A DNA stretch of 57,165 nucleotides, filler included, from Deltaproteobacteria bacterium (GCA_013151235.1; 4 parts of 4 records of this genome joined end to end with filler, not necessarily neighbours in it), one strand, 5' to 3'. Shown: positions 1-8,927, counted from the first letter of the whole stretch. Notes: a model not told the origin generated them from the sequence alone. Numbers and translations are program-made.

Positions 1-97
1 GTTTCCATCGCCCCCTGCCATCCAAGCTACATGGCTCCGGCTTTTACCATGACGGGACTTGCACCCGTTAGTGTATGCCACCCTTCGCTGGTCCCGC
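1..97 (-). mobile_element. Probable 5' end (domain I start) of a group II intron, running off the left window edge
   Basis: The minus strand reads GCGGGACCAGCGAAGGGTGGCATACACTAACGGGTGCAAGTCCCGTCATGGTAAAAGCCGGAGCCATGTAGCTTGGATGGCAGGGGGCGATGGAAAC. This resembles bacterial group II intron 5' ends as I recall them (GTGCG..CAGCGAAGG..GGGTG[C/A]AAGTCCC..GTAGCTTGGATGGCAG). The first 5 nt deviate from GUGCG. Confidence 0.55.
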
Positions 98-114
98 TCA
101 AGATTAAAGACCTG
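98..114. repeat. Palindromic repeat-unit arm TCAAGATTAAAGACCTG
   Basis: Exact reverse complement of 1667-1683; its first 14 nt are identical to 1735-1748. Confidence 0.85.
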
Positions 115-157
115 GTACCTTGAGCGGGACCACACTCAGGACCACACTCGTTCGCTT

Positions 158-1603
158 TTATAGTTCTAGCATGTCGATTACTGTTTCTTTGATTAGGTTG
201 ATATCATCTGGAGAAGCACAGTGTTTCACCCATACAATACACATTGTTTGCCATATGTAGCTGACTGTTTGACCGAGTAGCTTTGATAGATTTTCTGGCC
301 AGTCATGTGGATCTGGCATTGTAATAGTATCATCTATTGCTGAGATTATTGATGCTTCAGATAGCTCAAGCCTAGATGCAAGATTCTCAGTTGCTTGGTT
401 ACGAACATCTAAAATCACTTGTTTTTCTGGGCAATACTCACCTGGTAGTTTAATTGCCCCATTTTGTGGTTCTGTATCTGCATCAACTAATGCTAAAGCC
501 TTAACTGGGAACCTTTCGTTTGAAGTTGCAGCTGCTATTGCATTAACAATATTTGAAGCGCCTATGTCTATAAATGAAATCCTCGTTACATCAATACCTG
601 AATTTTGTAAAATTGTTCTTGATAGTATCAAAGCTTCATTGTCTTCTGTAAAAATATACAATTCTGGTGCATCAATATCATCCATTCTATTAAGAGCAAA
701 ATTTGGTGATATATTATAAAGTATTTCTATTCCAGATGTTTTTCTTTCTACTAATACTCTTGCATCTGGCGGAAGCTCTTCCAGGACATATGGACTATGC
801 GTTGTAAGAATTACCTGTATTTGTTTGGTTCTAGATAGCCATAGTAGGAAATGTATGAGCCTTCGCTGTGATCTAGGATGTAAAGAAGCTTCGACTTCGT
901 CAATTAGGACTAACGATGTATCTGGTATATCTTGTAGTATTGAAAGAAGATCTAGAGNNGCGTCTTCACCAGCACCTTGATGAAATTGTGAAATTTCTGT
1001 ACCACTTAAAGATACAACTCCTACCTCTCTTTTTCTATCAATATCAGATATTGAAAATTTTGCTTCAGTATAATTTCTACCAATTATGCTAGAGTAATAT
1101 TTTATTATCTCGTCTGATAACATACTAGATGATACTTCATTTACTGACTGTTTAGCTATTTTTGCATAACCAACAGTTGCATCCAAAGGGAGTGTCCTTG
1201 AGATGTCTTGAATAATAACATTACGAATTCTTTTCTGCCCTGAAGGCCTCCATCTTTCAGTTTTTTTGCCATATGAAAAATTACGAACATTGCCGCCTTC
1301 ATAAATTTTATACTTAATTTTTGCGCCTGTGATTTTTTCCCAAGGTGTATCCGGAAAAAAAGCCGAAGGGTAATAAGTCTTTTTCTTTCCTTCTGGGCTG
1401 CCATAGGCGCATGCAGCAGCTTTAATTATTGTAGATTTTCCGGTTCCATTTTCACCTGCAATTACAGTAACAGGGAAACCGAACCTTATTTCCTCGCCTT
1501 CCCACCCACGAATACCATTTATCTCAATAGATTGTAGGTATTTGGGCCATGGATTGCTGGCCATTTTAGCTCGAATTTTATTTATTTCTCTGTGGTATTT
1601 CAT
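158..1603 (-). CDS. ABC/AAA-family ATPase with C-terminal TOPRIM-like domain (OLD-family-like ATP-dependent nuclease; putative anti-phage gene)
   Basis: Walker A GENGTGKST, signature-like QFHQGAGE, Walker B LVLIDEVE, H-loop TTHS, and C-terminal FTED and DAD acidic motifs. Markedly AT-rich versus the window. ATG at 1603 is preferred because the longer ORF start (1654) lies in repeats; 2 ambiguous bases at about 958. Confidence 0.75.
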   Translation of the reverse strand: MKYHREINKIRAKMASNPWPKYLQSIEINGIRGWEGEEIRFGFPVTVIAGENGTGKSTIIKAAACAYGSPEGKKKTYYPSAFFPDTPWEKITGAKIKYKIYEGGNVRNFSYGKKTERWRPSGQKRIRNVIIQDISRTLPLDATVGYAKIAKQSVNEVSSSMLSDEIIKYYSSIIGRNYTEAKFSISDIDRKREVGVVSLSGTEISQFHQGAGEDXXLDLLSILQDIPDTSLVLIDEVEASLHPRSQRRLIHFLLWLSRTKQIQVILTTHSPYVLEELPPDARVLVERKTSGIEILYNISPNFALNRMDDIDAPELYIFTEDNEALILSRTILQNSGIDVTRISFIDIGASNIVNAIAAATSNERFPVKALALVDADTEPQNGAIKLPGEYCPEKQVILDVRNQATENLASRLELSEASIISAIDDTITMPDPHDWPENLSKLLGQTVSYIWQTMCIVWVKHCASPDDINLIKETVIDMLEL

Positions 1604-1661
1604 GTTTTTCTCTAAGCGAACGTCTTGCATCACCAGCGAGCCAAAGAGGGTCAAGCCAAAG

Positions 1662-1750
1662 AGGGTCAGGTCTTTAATCTTGAATTTGCTTCATCGTTTA
1701 TTCAATATTCTATGCAACCCGTCGAATGGGGATATCAAGATTAAAGACTC
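1662..1750. repeat. Complete palindromic unit AGGGTCAGGTCTTTAATCTTGA-N51-TCAAGATTAAAGAC
   Basis: 14-bp perfect inverted arms at 1670-1683 and 1735-1748, preceded by a tandem duplication of GCCAAAGAGGGTCA (1640-1668). Confidence 0.8.
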
Positions 1751-1939
1751 TCAGGAGCCCGCAAGTCCCCTCGGCAGGTTGTGTGACCAAGCGTTCCGGA
1801 CGGGTCGAAAAGGGAACTTATTCTTTCAGGGTATTCATACTGCAATTCCTGCGCTTTGTCAAAGAGAATCTTTTCCGGATTTCTCTGCACTTCCCGAAAA
1901 AGGTCGGGGAACTCGATACGATGCTCCGCATTTTTTTGC

Positions 1940-1984
1940 TTGACAGATATCCTTCGCGGGTTTAAGTTATGTGCATATTCACAT
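1940..1984 (+). promoter_or_regulatory. sigma70-type promoter with adjacent palindromic operator
   Basis: TTGACA(1940-1945)-17 bp-TAAGTT(1963-1968), followed by the near-perfect palindrome ATGTGCATATTCACAT (1969-1984) just before the DUF134 ATG. Confidence 0.65.
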
Positions 1985-1999
1985 TATGAGGTTTTCCCG

Positions 2000-2305
2000 A
2001 TGTCACCGAGACCCAAGAAAATACGTCATTGCGGATGCAAGCTGAAGGGGCGCGCCTTCAAGCCGACGGGGATGCCGATGGGGGCGCTGGAAAAGATCAG
2101 GATGTACCGTGACGAGATCGAGGCGATGAAGCTCTGCGATCTCGACGGGCTGACTCAGGAGGAGGCGGGTCTGCGGATGGGGGTCTCCCGGGGGACGGTT
2201 CAGCGGATCCTGAGTTCCGCAAGACGAAAGAGCGCCGAGGCGCTTTCCGGCTGCAAGGCGATTATCCTGGACGAAGTCGTCTGCGGGAAATCCGAAGAGA
2301 AATAA
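2000..2305 (+). CDS. DUF134 domain DNA-binding protein
   Basis: MSPRPKKIR start, FKP motif, and EAMKLCDLDGLTQEEAGLRMGVSRGTVQRILSSARRK helix-turn-helix. Confidence 0.9.
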   Translation: MSPRPKKIRHCGCKLKGRAFKPTGMPMGALEKIRMYRDEIEAMKLCDLDGLTQEEAGLRMGVSRGTVQRILSSARRKSAEALSGCKAIILDEVVCGKSEEK

Positions 2306-2308
2306 TCT

Positions 2309-2461
2309 GATGGCTTCGCAAGAAGTCATCAACAGGCCGAGGGCGGGTAAGCCCCGGTCTGGGGTGAGGGTGGAACCATTTGAACTTGGTTCAAATGGCG
2401 GGGGAGGAGTCTCTTCCCCCGCCTCGCAAAAAGGCGATCTGTGACGTTTTGCGAGGTCATC
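2309..2461. repeat. MITE-like element of the GATGnnnTCG[T/C]AA[A/G]AAGTC terminal-inverted-repeat family with a different interior
   Basis: Ends GATGGCTTCGCAAGAAGTCA and TGACGTTTTGCGAGGTCATC; internal hairpin GCGGGGGAGGAGTCTCTTCCCCCGC. Confidence 0.65.
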
Positions 2462-2487
2462 GATTAACAGAAAAAGGAGAAAAAACC

Positions 2488-2883
2488 ATGAAAATCTGTT
2501 TTCCGGTCAAAGAAAACAACGGATTGCAAAGCCGTATCTACGGACATTTCGGGTCCGCACCGATGTTCGTCGTCGTAGAAGAGGGGACCGGCGGCTCGTC
2601 GGAACCGGAGGTTGAGATCGTACAGAACGGGAACATGAATCATGTTCACGGTCAGTGTAGTCCGGTACGCGCTCTCGGAGGCACAAGCGTCGACTGTATC
2701 GTTGTAGGCGGGATCGGAGGCGGGGCGCTCAACAAGCTTTCGTCCATGGGAATCCGGGTCTTTCGCGCACAGGGCGGAACCATCGGGAAGAACCTGGATC
2801 TGCTCCGGGAGGATCAACTCAAGCCGATTGATCCCTCCATGACCTGCACGGGGCATGACCATGGCGGCGGGTGCGCTCACTGA
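2488..2883 (+). CDS. NifB/NifX family (dinitrogenase Fe-Mo cofactor-like) metal-cluster-binding protein
   Basis: MKICFP...HFGSAPMF...GGIGGGA motifs, His/Cys-rich tail, and RBS AGGAG. Confidence 0.9.
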   Translation: MKICFPVKENNGLQSRIYGHFGSAPMFVVVEEGTGGSSEPEVEIVQNGNMNHVHGQCSPVRALGGTSVDCIVVGGIGGGALNKLSSMGIRVFRAQGGTIGKNLDLLREDQLKPIDPSMTCTGHDHGGGCAH

Positions 2884-2913
2884 AATCCATTCATCGAGAG
2901 GGGAAACATCATT

Positions 2914-3312
2914 ATGAAAGAAGAAATGGTTCTGGAAAGGACGAGTCCCGTCGGCATCGACGAGACCCTGGAGAAACTCCGGTCCGCCGTGGAAAAGGCG
3001 AACTGGGTGGTGTCGGATGTAAAGCCGCTCCACAAATCGGTGAAGAAAAACGGCGGGGACGATCTCCGGCCGGTCCATATCATGCAGGTCTGCAACGCGC
3101 AACATGCGTCCGAGCTTCTGCGGAACGACGAGACCCGGTTTGCCTCGGCCTACATGCCCTGCACGATTTCCGTCTATGAAAGAGAGGACGGTTCCGTCGG
3201 CGTGGCCACGGTGAACATGGCCCCGGTGGGAGAGGCGTTGGGCGGAGTCTTCCGCGAGGTGATGAGTGTGCCGGTCGCGGCACAGATGCAGGGCTTCCTG
3301 GATGCCCTGTAA
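2914..3312 (+). CDS. DUF302 domain protein
   Basis: VCN...A...MPCTISVYE motif typical of DUF302. Confidence 0.85.
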   Translation: MKEEMVLERTSPVGIDETLEKLRSAVEKANWVVSDVKPLHKSVKKNGGDDLRPVHIMQVCNAQHASELLRNDETRFASAYMPCTISVYEREDGSVGVATVNMAPVGEALGGVFREVMSVPVAAQMQGFLDAL

Positions 3313-3356
3313 GGGGCGGGGGAATCCGGAAACCGATGAGAAGAAAGGAGCGGAGG

Positions 3357-4529
3357 ATGACGAAAGGCCGTGTTCTCGTACTGGGCGGCGGTTTCGGCGG
3401 GGTTGAAGGAGCGATCCATCTGAGCCGGGCGGGATTCGACGTAACCCTCGTCTCGGAACGGGACTTTGCTTATCTTTACCCCGTTTCCATCTGGATCCCG
3501 ACGGGGGAGATCGATTTCGACGATGCCTGTCTCGATCTGCTCCGGATCTCCTCCCGCTATCGGTTCAAACTCCTCCGGGGGAAGGTGACCGGAATCGATC
3601 CGGAAGGGTGCCGCGTCGAGGTGGACGGCGACCGGACCGACTCCTTCGATTTCATGCTGATCGCCCTGGGCGGGGCGAAGATGAAGCCCGCGGGGGTGGA
3701 ACATACCCTCTCCATCTGCGGCCGCCCCAAAGATTCCCTTGAGATCAAAAAGCGGGTCGAGGCCCTCATTGCCGGGGGAGGCGGGAGGATTGCCGTCGGT
3801 TTCGGCGGCAACCCCAAAGATCCTTCGGCGGTCCGGGGCGGACCGGCCTTTGAGCAGGTTTTCAACCTCCATCACTTTTTTGTCAAAAAGGGGTGGCGGA
3901 ACTCCTTCTCCCTGACGATGTTCGCTCCCATGGAGAAACCGGGGATCCGGTTAGGGGAAGGCGCTGTGGAGAAGGTCTATGATTTCCTCAACCGGATGAA
4001 AATCGACCGGCGTTTCGGCGTCAAGATCACGCGCTTCGAGGAAGGGGGGGTCGTCTTTGCCGATGATTCGCGTCTTGAAAGCGACCTCACCCTCTTCATC
4101 CCAGCGGGGACGGGACTCCCCCTCTTCCGGGAGGCAGGGCTCCCCCTCAATGATGCCGGGTTTATCCGGATCGATCCCTCCTGCCGGGTCGAAGGCACGA
4201 AGAGGATCTTTGCGGTCGGGGATTCCGCCGCCATAGACGGCCCGAAATGGCGGGCCAAACAGGGACATCTCGCCGAGGCCATGGCCCGGGTTGCCGCCGC
4301 CAATATCCGGGCGGCCGCCGCCGGACGGGACCCGGAGGAAAACTATATCGACCACGTCAGCATCCTCTGCGTCATGGACTATGGAAACGGCGCCGCCGTC
4401 GTTCACCGGAGTACGAAGCGATCCTTCATGGTTCCCCTGCCGATTGTCGGACACCTGCTGAAAAAAAGCTGGGGCCTCTACTGGAAGCTGACCAAGACCG
4501 GCAGGATCATGCGCCTGCCCGGCTTTTAG
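3357..4529 (+). CDS. sqr: Sulfide:quinone oxidoreductase, type VI (SqrF)-like flavoprotein
   Basis: GGGFGG FAD motif, IWIPTG, SICG, GNPKDPSAVRGGPAFE, AKQGHLA and LCVMD motifs; RBS GGAGG before ATG 3357. Confidence 0.75.
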   Translation: MTKGRVLVLGGGFGGVEGAIHLSRAGFDVTLVSERDFAYLYPVSIWIPTGEIDFDDACLDLLRISSRYRFKLLRGKVTGIDPEGCRVEVDGDRTDSFDFMLIALGGAKMKPAGVEHTLSICGRPKDSLEIKKRVEALIAGGGGRIAVGFGGNPKDPSAVRGGPAFEQVFNLHHFFVKKGWRNSFSLTMFAPMEKPGIRLGEGAVEKVYDFLNRMKIDRRFGVKITRFEEGGVVFADDSRLESDLTLFIPAGTGLPLFREAGLPLNDAGFIRIDPSCRVEGTKRIFAVGDSAAIDGPKWRAKQGHLAEAMARVAAANIRAAAAGRDPEENYIDHVSILCVMDYGNGAAVVHRSTKRSFMVPLPIVGHLLKKSWGLYWKLTKTGRIMRLPGF

Positions 4530-4597
4530 GATCCTGAAACCGGGGATAAAGATCCGCCTTCCCTCCTTTTGGTTTTCTGCAATACAGGAATCCCTCT

Positions 4598-5392
4598 ATG
4601 GAACAGACCCTTCTTCTTTCCCTGATCTTCTTCATCATCTCCACCCTCTTCTCGATGATCGGGCTGGGCGGAGGCATCCTCTATGTGCCGATCCTCCTCT
4701 TCACGGGCTTCACCTTCAAGCAGGCGCCGGCGATCAGTCTCATCCTGATCACGGCGACCTCGCTTTCGGCCCTCTTCACCTTTCACCGCAACCGGAGGGT
4801 CGACTGGAAACTGGCCCTGGTCATCGATCCTCCGACGGATGTGATGGCATTCGTTGGGGGATACTTCAGCGCCCTCGTGCCGGAGCCGGTCTTGCGTGTC
4901 TGCCTCGCCGTGACCCTGATGATCGCGGGGACCCTGATGTTCCGGAACCGTCCCAAGAGCGGGGGAATACACCCGGCGGAAAAGAGCCGCTGGTCCTGGC
5001 ACCGGGAGTTCAACGGGGTTTCCTACCGGGTCAACCTTCCCCTGGTCTTGACTGCAACGGCGTTGATCGGTATCCTGTCGGGGATGTTGGGGATCACCGG
5101 GGGAATTATCAAACTGCCGATCATGGTCCTGCTCTGCGGCGTACCGATGGATATCGCCGTCGCCACATCCACGGTGATGGTCACCGTCACCGCCCTGTCG
5201 GGCCTTGCCGGACACGCGGTGAACGGTTATATTGACTGGTCGACAGGGCTTCTCCTGGCGATCACGGCGGTCTCGGGTGGGCTTCTTGGAAGCCGGATCT
5301 CCCTTTCCATGAACAGGGTCCGCCTGAAACAGATCTTCGGGGGGGTTGTCTGGCTGATCGCAATTCGGATCATGATTCAGCAGTTTCTTTAA
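4598..5392 (+). CDS. Sulfite exporter TauE/SafE family membrane protein
   Basis: Repeated GLGGG / GITGG motifs, multiple TM segments and AVATS. Confidence 0.9.
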   Translation: MEQTLLLSLIFFIISTLFSMIGLGGGILYVPILLFTGFTFKQAPAISLILITATSLSALFTFHRNRRVDWKLALVIDPPTDVMAFVGGYFSALVPEPVLRVCLAVTLMIAGTLMFRNRPKSGGIHPAEKSRWSWHREFNGVSYRVNLPLVLTATALIGILSGMLGITGGIIKLPIMVLLCGVPMDIAVATSTVMVTVTALSGLAGHAVNGYIDWSTGLLLAITAVSGGLLGSRISLSMNRVRLKQIFGGVVWLIAIRIMIQQFL

Positions 5393-5407
5393 AGGAGAAC
5401 GAATCTA

Positions 5408-6010
5408 ATGATGAAACGGGAATTCCCGGACTGGGAAAAACTTTATCAAGAGGAAGAAGTGGAATCGATGCCGTGGTTTCGGCCTACGCTGGATGACGAC
5501 ATCGCAGCCGCGCTGGAGGAGTGGAAGATCAAGCCCGGAGCGGTACTCGATAACGGAACCGGGCCGGGCACACAGGCAATCGCCCTGGCCGAACGCGGCT
5601 TCCAGGTGACCGCTACCGACCTCTCCGAGACCGCGATCGTCAAGGCCCGCTCCCGGGCGGACAAGGCGGGAGCGAAGATCGACTTTCGGCAGGACGATAT
5701 TTTAAAGAGCCGCCTGGACGGCGGCTTTGATCTGATCTGTGATCGCGGCTGTTTTCACGTCGTCTCCCCGGAGGAGAGGCCGGTCTATGTCGAAACGGTC
5801 CACCGCCTTCTCCGCGAAGAAGGGATCCTCTTGCTCAAGTGTTTCAGCCGCCTCGAGACCCGGGAGGAAGGACCCTATCGGTTCTCCCCGGAGGAGATCC
5901 GTACACTTTTTGAGGGGCGGTTCCGGATCCTCGAGATCCGGGAGTCCCTCTTCCGCGGCAACCGGCGGCCCTTCCCGAAGGCGCTCTTCTCCGTCATGCG
6001 CAGGGCCTGA
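5408..6010 (+). CDS. Class I SAM-dependent methyltransferase (TPMT/TehB-like)
   Basis: WEKLY...MPW, VLDNGTGPG and DRGCFH motifs. Confidence 0.85.
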   Translation: MMKREFPDWEKLYQEEEVESMPWFRPTLDDDIAAALEEWKIKPGAVLDNGTGPGTQAIALAERGFQVTATDLSETAIVKARSRADKAGAKIDFRQDDILKSRLDGGFDLICDRGCFHVVSPEERPVYVETVHRLLREEGILLLKCFSRLETREEGPYRFSPEEIRTLFEGRFRILEIRESLFRGNRRPFPKALFSVMRRA

Positions 6011-6057
6011 AATGCGGCGTTTCAGTTGCGTACACCTTCCAACCTGTGCTATTGATT

Positions 6058-6189
6058 GATGAAGTCTTAAAAAGTCCGTTCGACCCTTCGACACGCTCAG
6101 GGCGAACGGTGTAAGTCATTGATATTCCGTTCGTGGTGAGCCTGTCGAACCATGAACGGAATCCGAAAACGACTTTTTACGAGACCATC
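6058..6189. repeat. MITE/REP-like element (TIR GATGAAGTC.TAAAAAGTC ... GACTTTTTACGAGACCATC)
   Basis: Interior CCCTTCGAC..GCTCAGGGCGAACGG..GTGAGCCTGTCGAACCATGAACGG is shared with copies at 7682, 30506, 30800 and 56937. Confidence 0.85.
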
Positions 6190-6227
6190 TTGATTGGAGG
6201 TCGATTGATGCGGAAGGGAGACGGAAG

Positions 6228-7616
6228 ATGATGGTTGCTTTTTCATACAGAGAGGCCGACGATAAATCGTGTCGCTCGTACCGATGGACCACGGCGTTCT
6301 CCCTGTCCTTGCTCCTGCTTTTTCTGCCGGGCACGCTCTTCGCAGACCCGCCGCAGACCCTCACTCTAACCGAGGGAATCCGGACCACCCTGAAGAATCA
6401 TCCGGCGCTGAAAGCCGCCGGGTATGCCCTCAATGCGGCCGATGAGGCGGTCCGGGAGGCCCGGGGCGGATTCCTCCCCCGGATTGATCTTTCGGAAACA
6501 TTCAACCGGACGACCGGTCCCGGCGAAGTCTTCTGGACCGAGCTCTCCCAGGAGCGTTTCTCCCTCTCCGACTTCGCAGCGACCAACCCGAACGATCCCG
6601 ACGCGATCTCCAACTACAACACGCAGGTGACCCTGGTGCAGCCCCTCTACACCGGGGGAAAATTGAGCGCCGGTTACCAGATCTCCAAACTGCAACGCGG
6701 TGCGGTGGAAAAGAAACGTGAACAGACCCGGCAACAGGTCATCCGGGAATTCACGACCGCCTACTACAGGGCGCTGCTCGCCGGACGCTACGTGAAGGTC
6801 GCCGAAAAAGCGAAGGCAGCGGTCGAGGCCCATGTGAAAATGGCCCGGGATCTTCTGGAGCAGGGAATGGTCCTTCGATCCGACCTGCTCCGGGCACAGG
6901 TCCGCCTGTCGGAGGTCGAATCCCGCCTGATTACCGCGAAGAATCAACGGAAGCTGGCCCTGGCAAACCTGAACCGGATCATGGGGGTTGACCAGGGACG
7001 GGATTACCAACTGGTCGATCAGGAGAAGACAACCCCGTCCCCGCCGGAGGAGGAACTGCCGCAACTCATCCGGGAGGCGGAGGCACACCGCCCTGACCTC
7101 GCGGGTTTGAAACGGATGAAAGAGGCCGCAGAGAAGGGGGTCACCGTCGCCCGTTCGGCCTTCCTGCCGCATATTAATCTCGTGGCACGCTACGACCGGA
7201 ACGATCGGGACTTCCTCGGCAGCGACGGCGAATACTGGTCCGTCATGGCCGTGGCCGGGATCAACCTTTTCGAGGGGCTCTCCGGCCGGGCCAGGGTGAG
7301 ACGTGCAAGGGCCGATGCGGCCCGGATGTCGAGCCTTGTGACCCGTGCCGAGGAGGGGATCGAGATGGAGGTCCGAAAGGCCTATCTCAATATGAAGGAG
7401 GCCGGGGCGCGTTTGGAGGTCGCCCGCAGGACGGTCGCAATGTCGGAGGCGGGAATGAAGATCGTCGAGGACCGCTACCGGAACGGTATGGGACGAATCA
7501 CCGAACTCCTCGATACGGAAGCCTCCCTGACCCGGGCAAGGACCGACGAGGCCCGTGCGCGTTACGATCTCAATCTTTCCCGGACCCATCTCGACTTCGC
7601 CCTGGGAAGACTGTAA
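6228..7616 (+). CDS. TolC family outer membrane efflux protein
   Basis: Signal-peptide-like N-terminus, two OEP repeats (FLPRIDL..QPLYTGG; FLPHINL..INLFEG) and C-terminal LDFALG. Confidence 0.9.
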   Translation: MMVAFSYREADDKSCRSYRWTTAFSLSLLLLFLPGTLFADPPQTLTLTEGIRTTLKNHPALKAAGYALNAADEAVREARGGFLPRIDLSETFNRTTGPGEVFWTELSQERFSLSDFAATNPNDPDAISNYNTQVTLVQPLYTGGKLSAGYQISKLQRGAVEKKREQTRQQVIREFTTAYYRALLAGRYVKVAEKAKAAVEAHVKMARDLLEQGMVLRSDLLRAQVRLSEVESRLITAKNQRKLALANLNRIMGVDQGRDYQLVDQEKTTPSPPEEELPQLIREAEAHRPDLAGLKRMKEAAEKGVTVARSAFLPHINLVARYDRNDRDFLGSDGEYWSVMAVAGINLFEGLSGRARVRRARADAARMSSLVTRAEEGIEMEVRKAYLNMKEAGARLEVARRTVAMSEAGMKIVEDRYRNGMGRITELLDTEASLTRARTDEARARYDLNLSRTHLDFALGRL

Positions 7617-7681
7617 CGGAACACCGGTCGGCCGAGCGGGGGCATAAAAGCAGATGGATTTTTTACAAAGCCGTCAAAGGA

Positions 7682-7836
7682 GATGGTGTCGTAAAAAGTC
7701 ACGAAGCCCTTCGACCCTTCGGCCGACTCAGGACAGGCGTACTCAGGGCGAACGGTGTAAGTTATTGATATTCCGTTCGTGGTGAGCTTGTCGAACCATG
7801 AACGGAACCCGGAAAACGACTTTTTACGAGTTCATC
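7682..7836. repeat. MITE/REP-like element, same family as 6058-6189
   Basis: GATGGTGTCGTAAAAAGTC ... GACTTTTTACGAGTTCATC. Confidence 0.85.
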
Positions 7837-7850
7837 AAAGGAAATCGCCC

Positions 7851-8927
7851 ATGAAAAAAACAAGGTTCATCTTGATCCCGACGCTTGTGATCATTCTTTC
7901 TTTTTTCGGCTGCCGGGAGAAGGCCGCGCAGGAAACCGGGACGGTACATCCGGAGATGATCCGGGGGGTGAAGACGGCAGTGGCCCGGCTCGGCAAAATC
8001 GACATCACTTACACCGCTCCCGGCACGGTACGGGCCGCCATACAGTCCACCCTGACCAGCAAAGTCATGGGGAACGTGACCCGGATCCGGGTCCGGGAGG
8101 GAGACCGGGTGAAGAAGGGAGAGATCCTTCTTCGGATCGAATCGAAAGAGATCAGTGCAAGGATCGCCCAGGCAAAAGGGGCGCTTGAAGCGGCGAAAGC
8201 CGCCCTCCGTAATGCAGAGGCAAATTACGGGAGGACCTCCAGGCTTTACTCCAGGGGGTCGGCCACCCGCTTTGAACTCGACGGGGCGACCCTGCAGCGT
8301 GACGCTGCCCGCGGCCGGCTTAAACAGGCGGCCGGGGCGGTTCGGGAGGCACTCGCCATGAAGGGATACGCCCTGATCCGGGCCCCCGCGAACGGACGGA
8401 TCACCCGCAGGCATGTCGAGGTGGGAGACCAGGCGGCACCGGGGAGGCCGCTGCTCGATTTCATCGATTCGTCCCACCTCCAGTTCGAGACCTTTGTCCC
8501 CGAATCGAAACTTGCCGCCCTCAGGATCGGACTGAAAGTGGCGGTTATCGTCTCCGCCCTCGGAAACCACAAAATCACGGGCCGGATTGCGGAGATGGAG
8601 CCCGCGTCGGACCCGGTCTCCCATTCATCGAAGATCAAGCTGGATCTGAAAGGCGCCCGGAAGGCGCTCCCCGGCATGTACGGAAAGGCCTTCTTCCCGG
8701 TGGGAAGCAGACAGGTGGTTCTGGCACCGAAAGAGGCCGTCTTCACGCGTGGCCAGCTCACGGCGGTTTATGTCCTGGACAAAAAGAAGGTACTCCACTT
8801 CCGGCTGGTCCGGACGGGCAAGGAGTATAACGGCCGGGTGGAGATCCTGTCGGGGCTTGCAGGCGGGGAACGGGTGGCCGTCTCCGAGATTGCCCGCATC
8901 GAAGACGGCATGGAGATCACACAATGA
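7851..8927 (+). CDS. RND efflux periplasmic adaptor (MFP)
   Basis: Lipoprotein-like N-terminus (FFGC), lipoyl motifs VREGDRVKKGEIL and IRAPANGRI, and LPGMYG. The longer ORF start (7779) lies inside the repeat. Confidence 0.9.
   Translation: MKKTRFILIPTLVIILSFFGCREKAAQETGTVHPEMIRGVKTAVARLGKIDITYTAPGTVRAAIQSTLTSKVMGNVTRIRVREGDRVKKGEILLRIESKEISARIAQAKGALEAAKAALRNAEANYGRTSRLYSRGSATRFELDGATLQRDAARGRLKQAAGAVREALAMKGYALIRAPANGRITRRHVEVGDQAAPGRPLLDFIDSSHLQFETFVPESKLAALRIGLKVAVIVSALGNHKITGRIAEMEPASDPVSHSSKIKLDLKGARKALPGMYGKAFFPVGSRQVVLAPKEAVFTRGQLTAVYVLDKKKVLHFRLVRTGKEYNGRVEILSGLAGGERVAVSEIARIEDGMEITQ

Noticed and set aside
1-1654. Retron (ncRNA plus ATPase-TOPRIM effector)
   Set aside because: No RT is in the window, and the structured sequence at 1-97 looks like a group II intron 5' end rather than msr-msd; it cannot be fully excluded without the left flank.
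98-1683. Autonomous IS element defined by the 17-bp inverted repeats
   Set aside because: The enclosed ORF is an ATPase-TOPRIM protein, not a transposase, and no target-site duplication is evident.
1750-1935. Possible gene remnant between the repeat unit and the DUF134 promoter
   Set aside because: The short frames have no family motif I can recognise.
7779-7850. N-terminal ORF extensions such as MVSLSNHERNPENDFLR (also upstream parts of ORFs 2380, 28937, 48075, 48971, 52985)
   Set aside because: They derive from repeats or overlapping genes; downstream ATGs with RBS or family-typical N-termini fit better.
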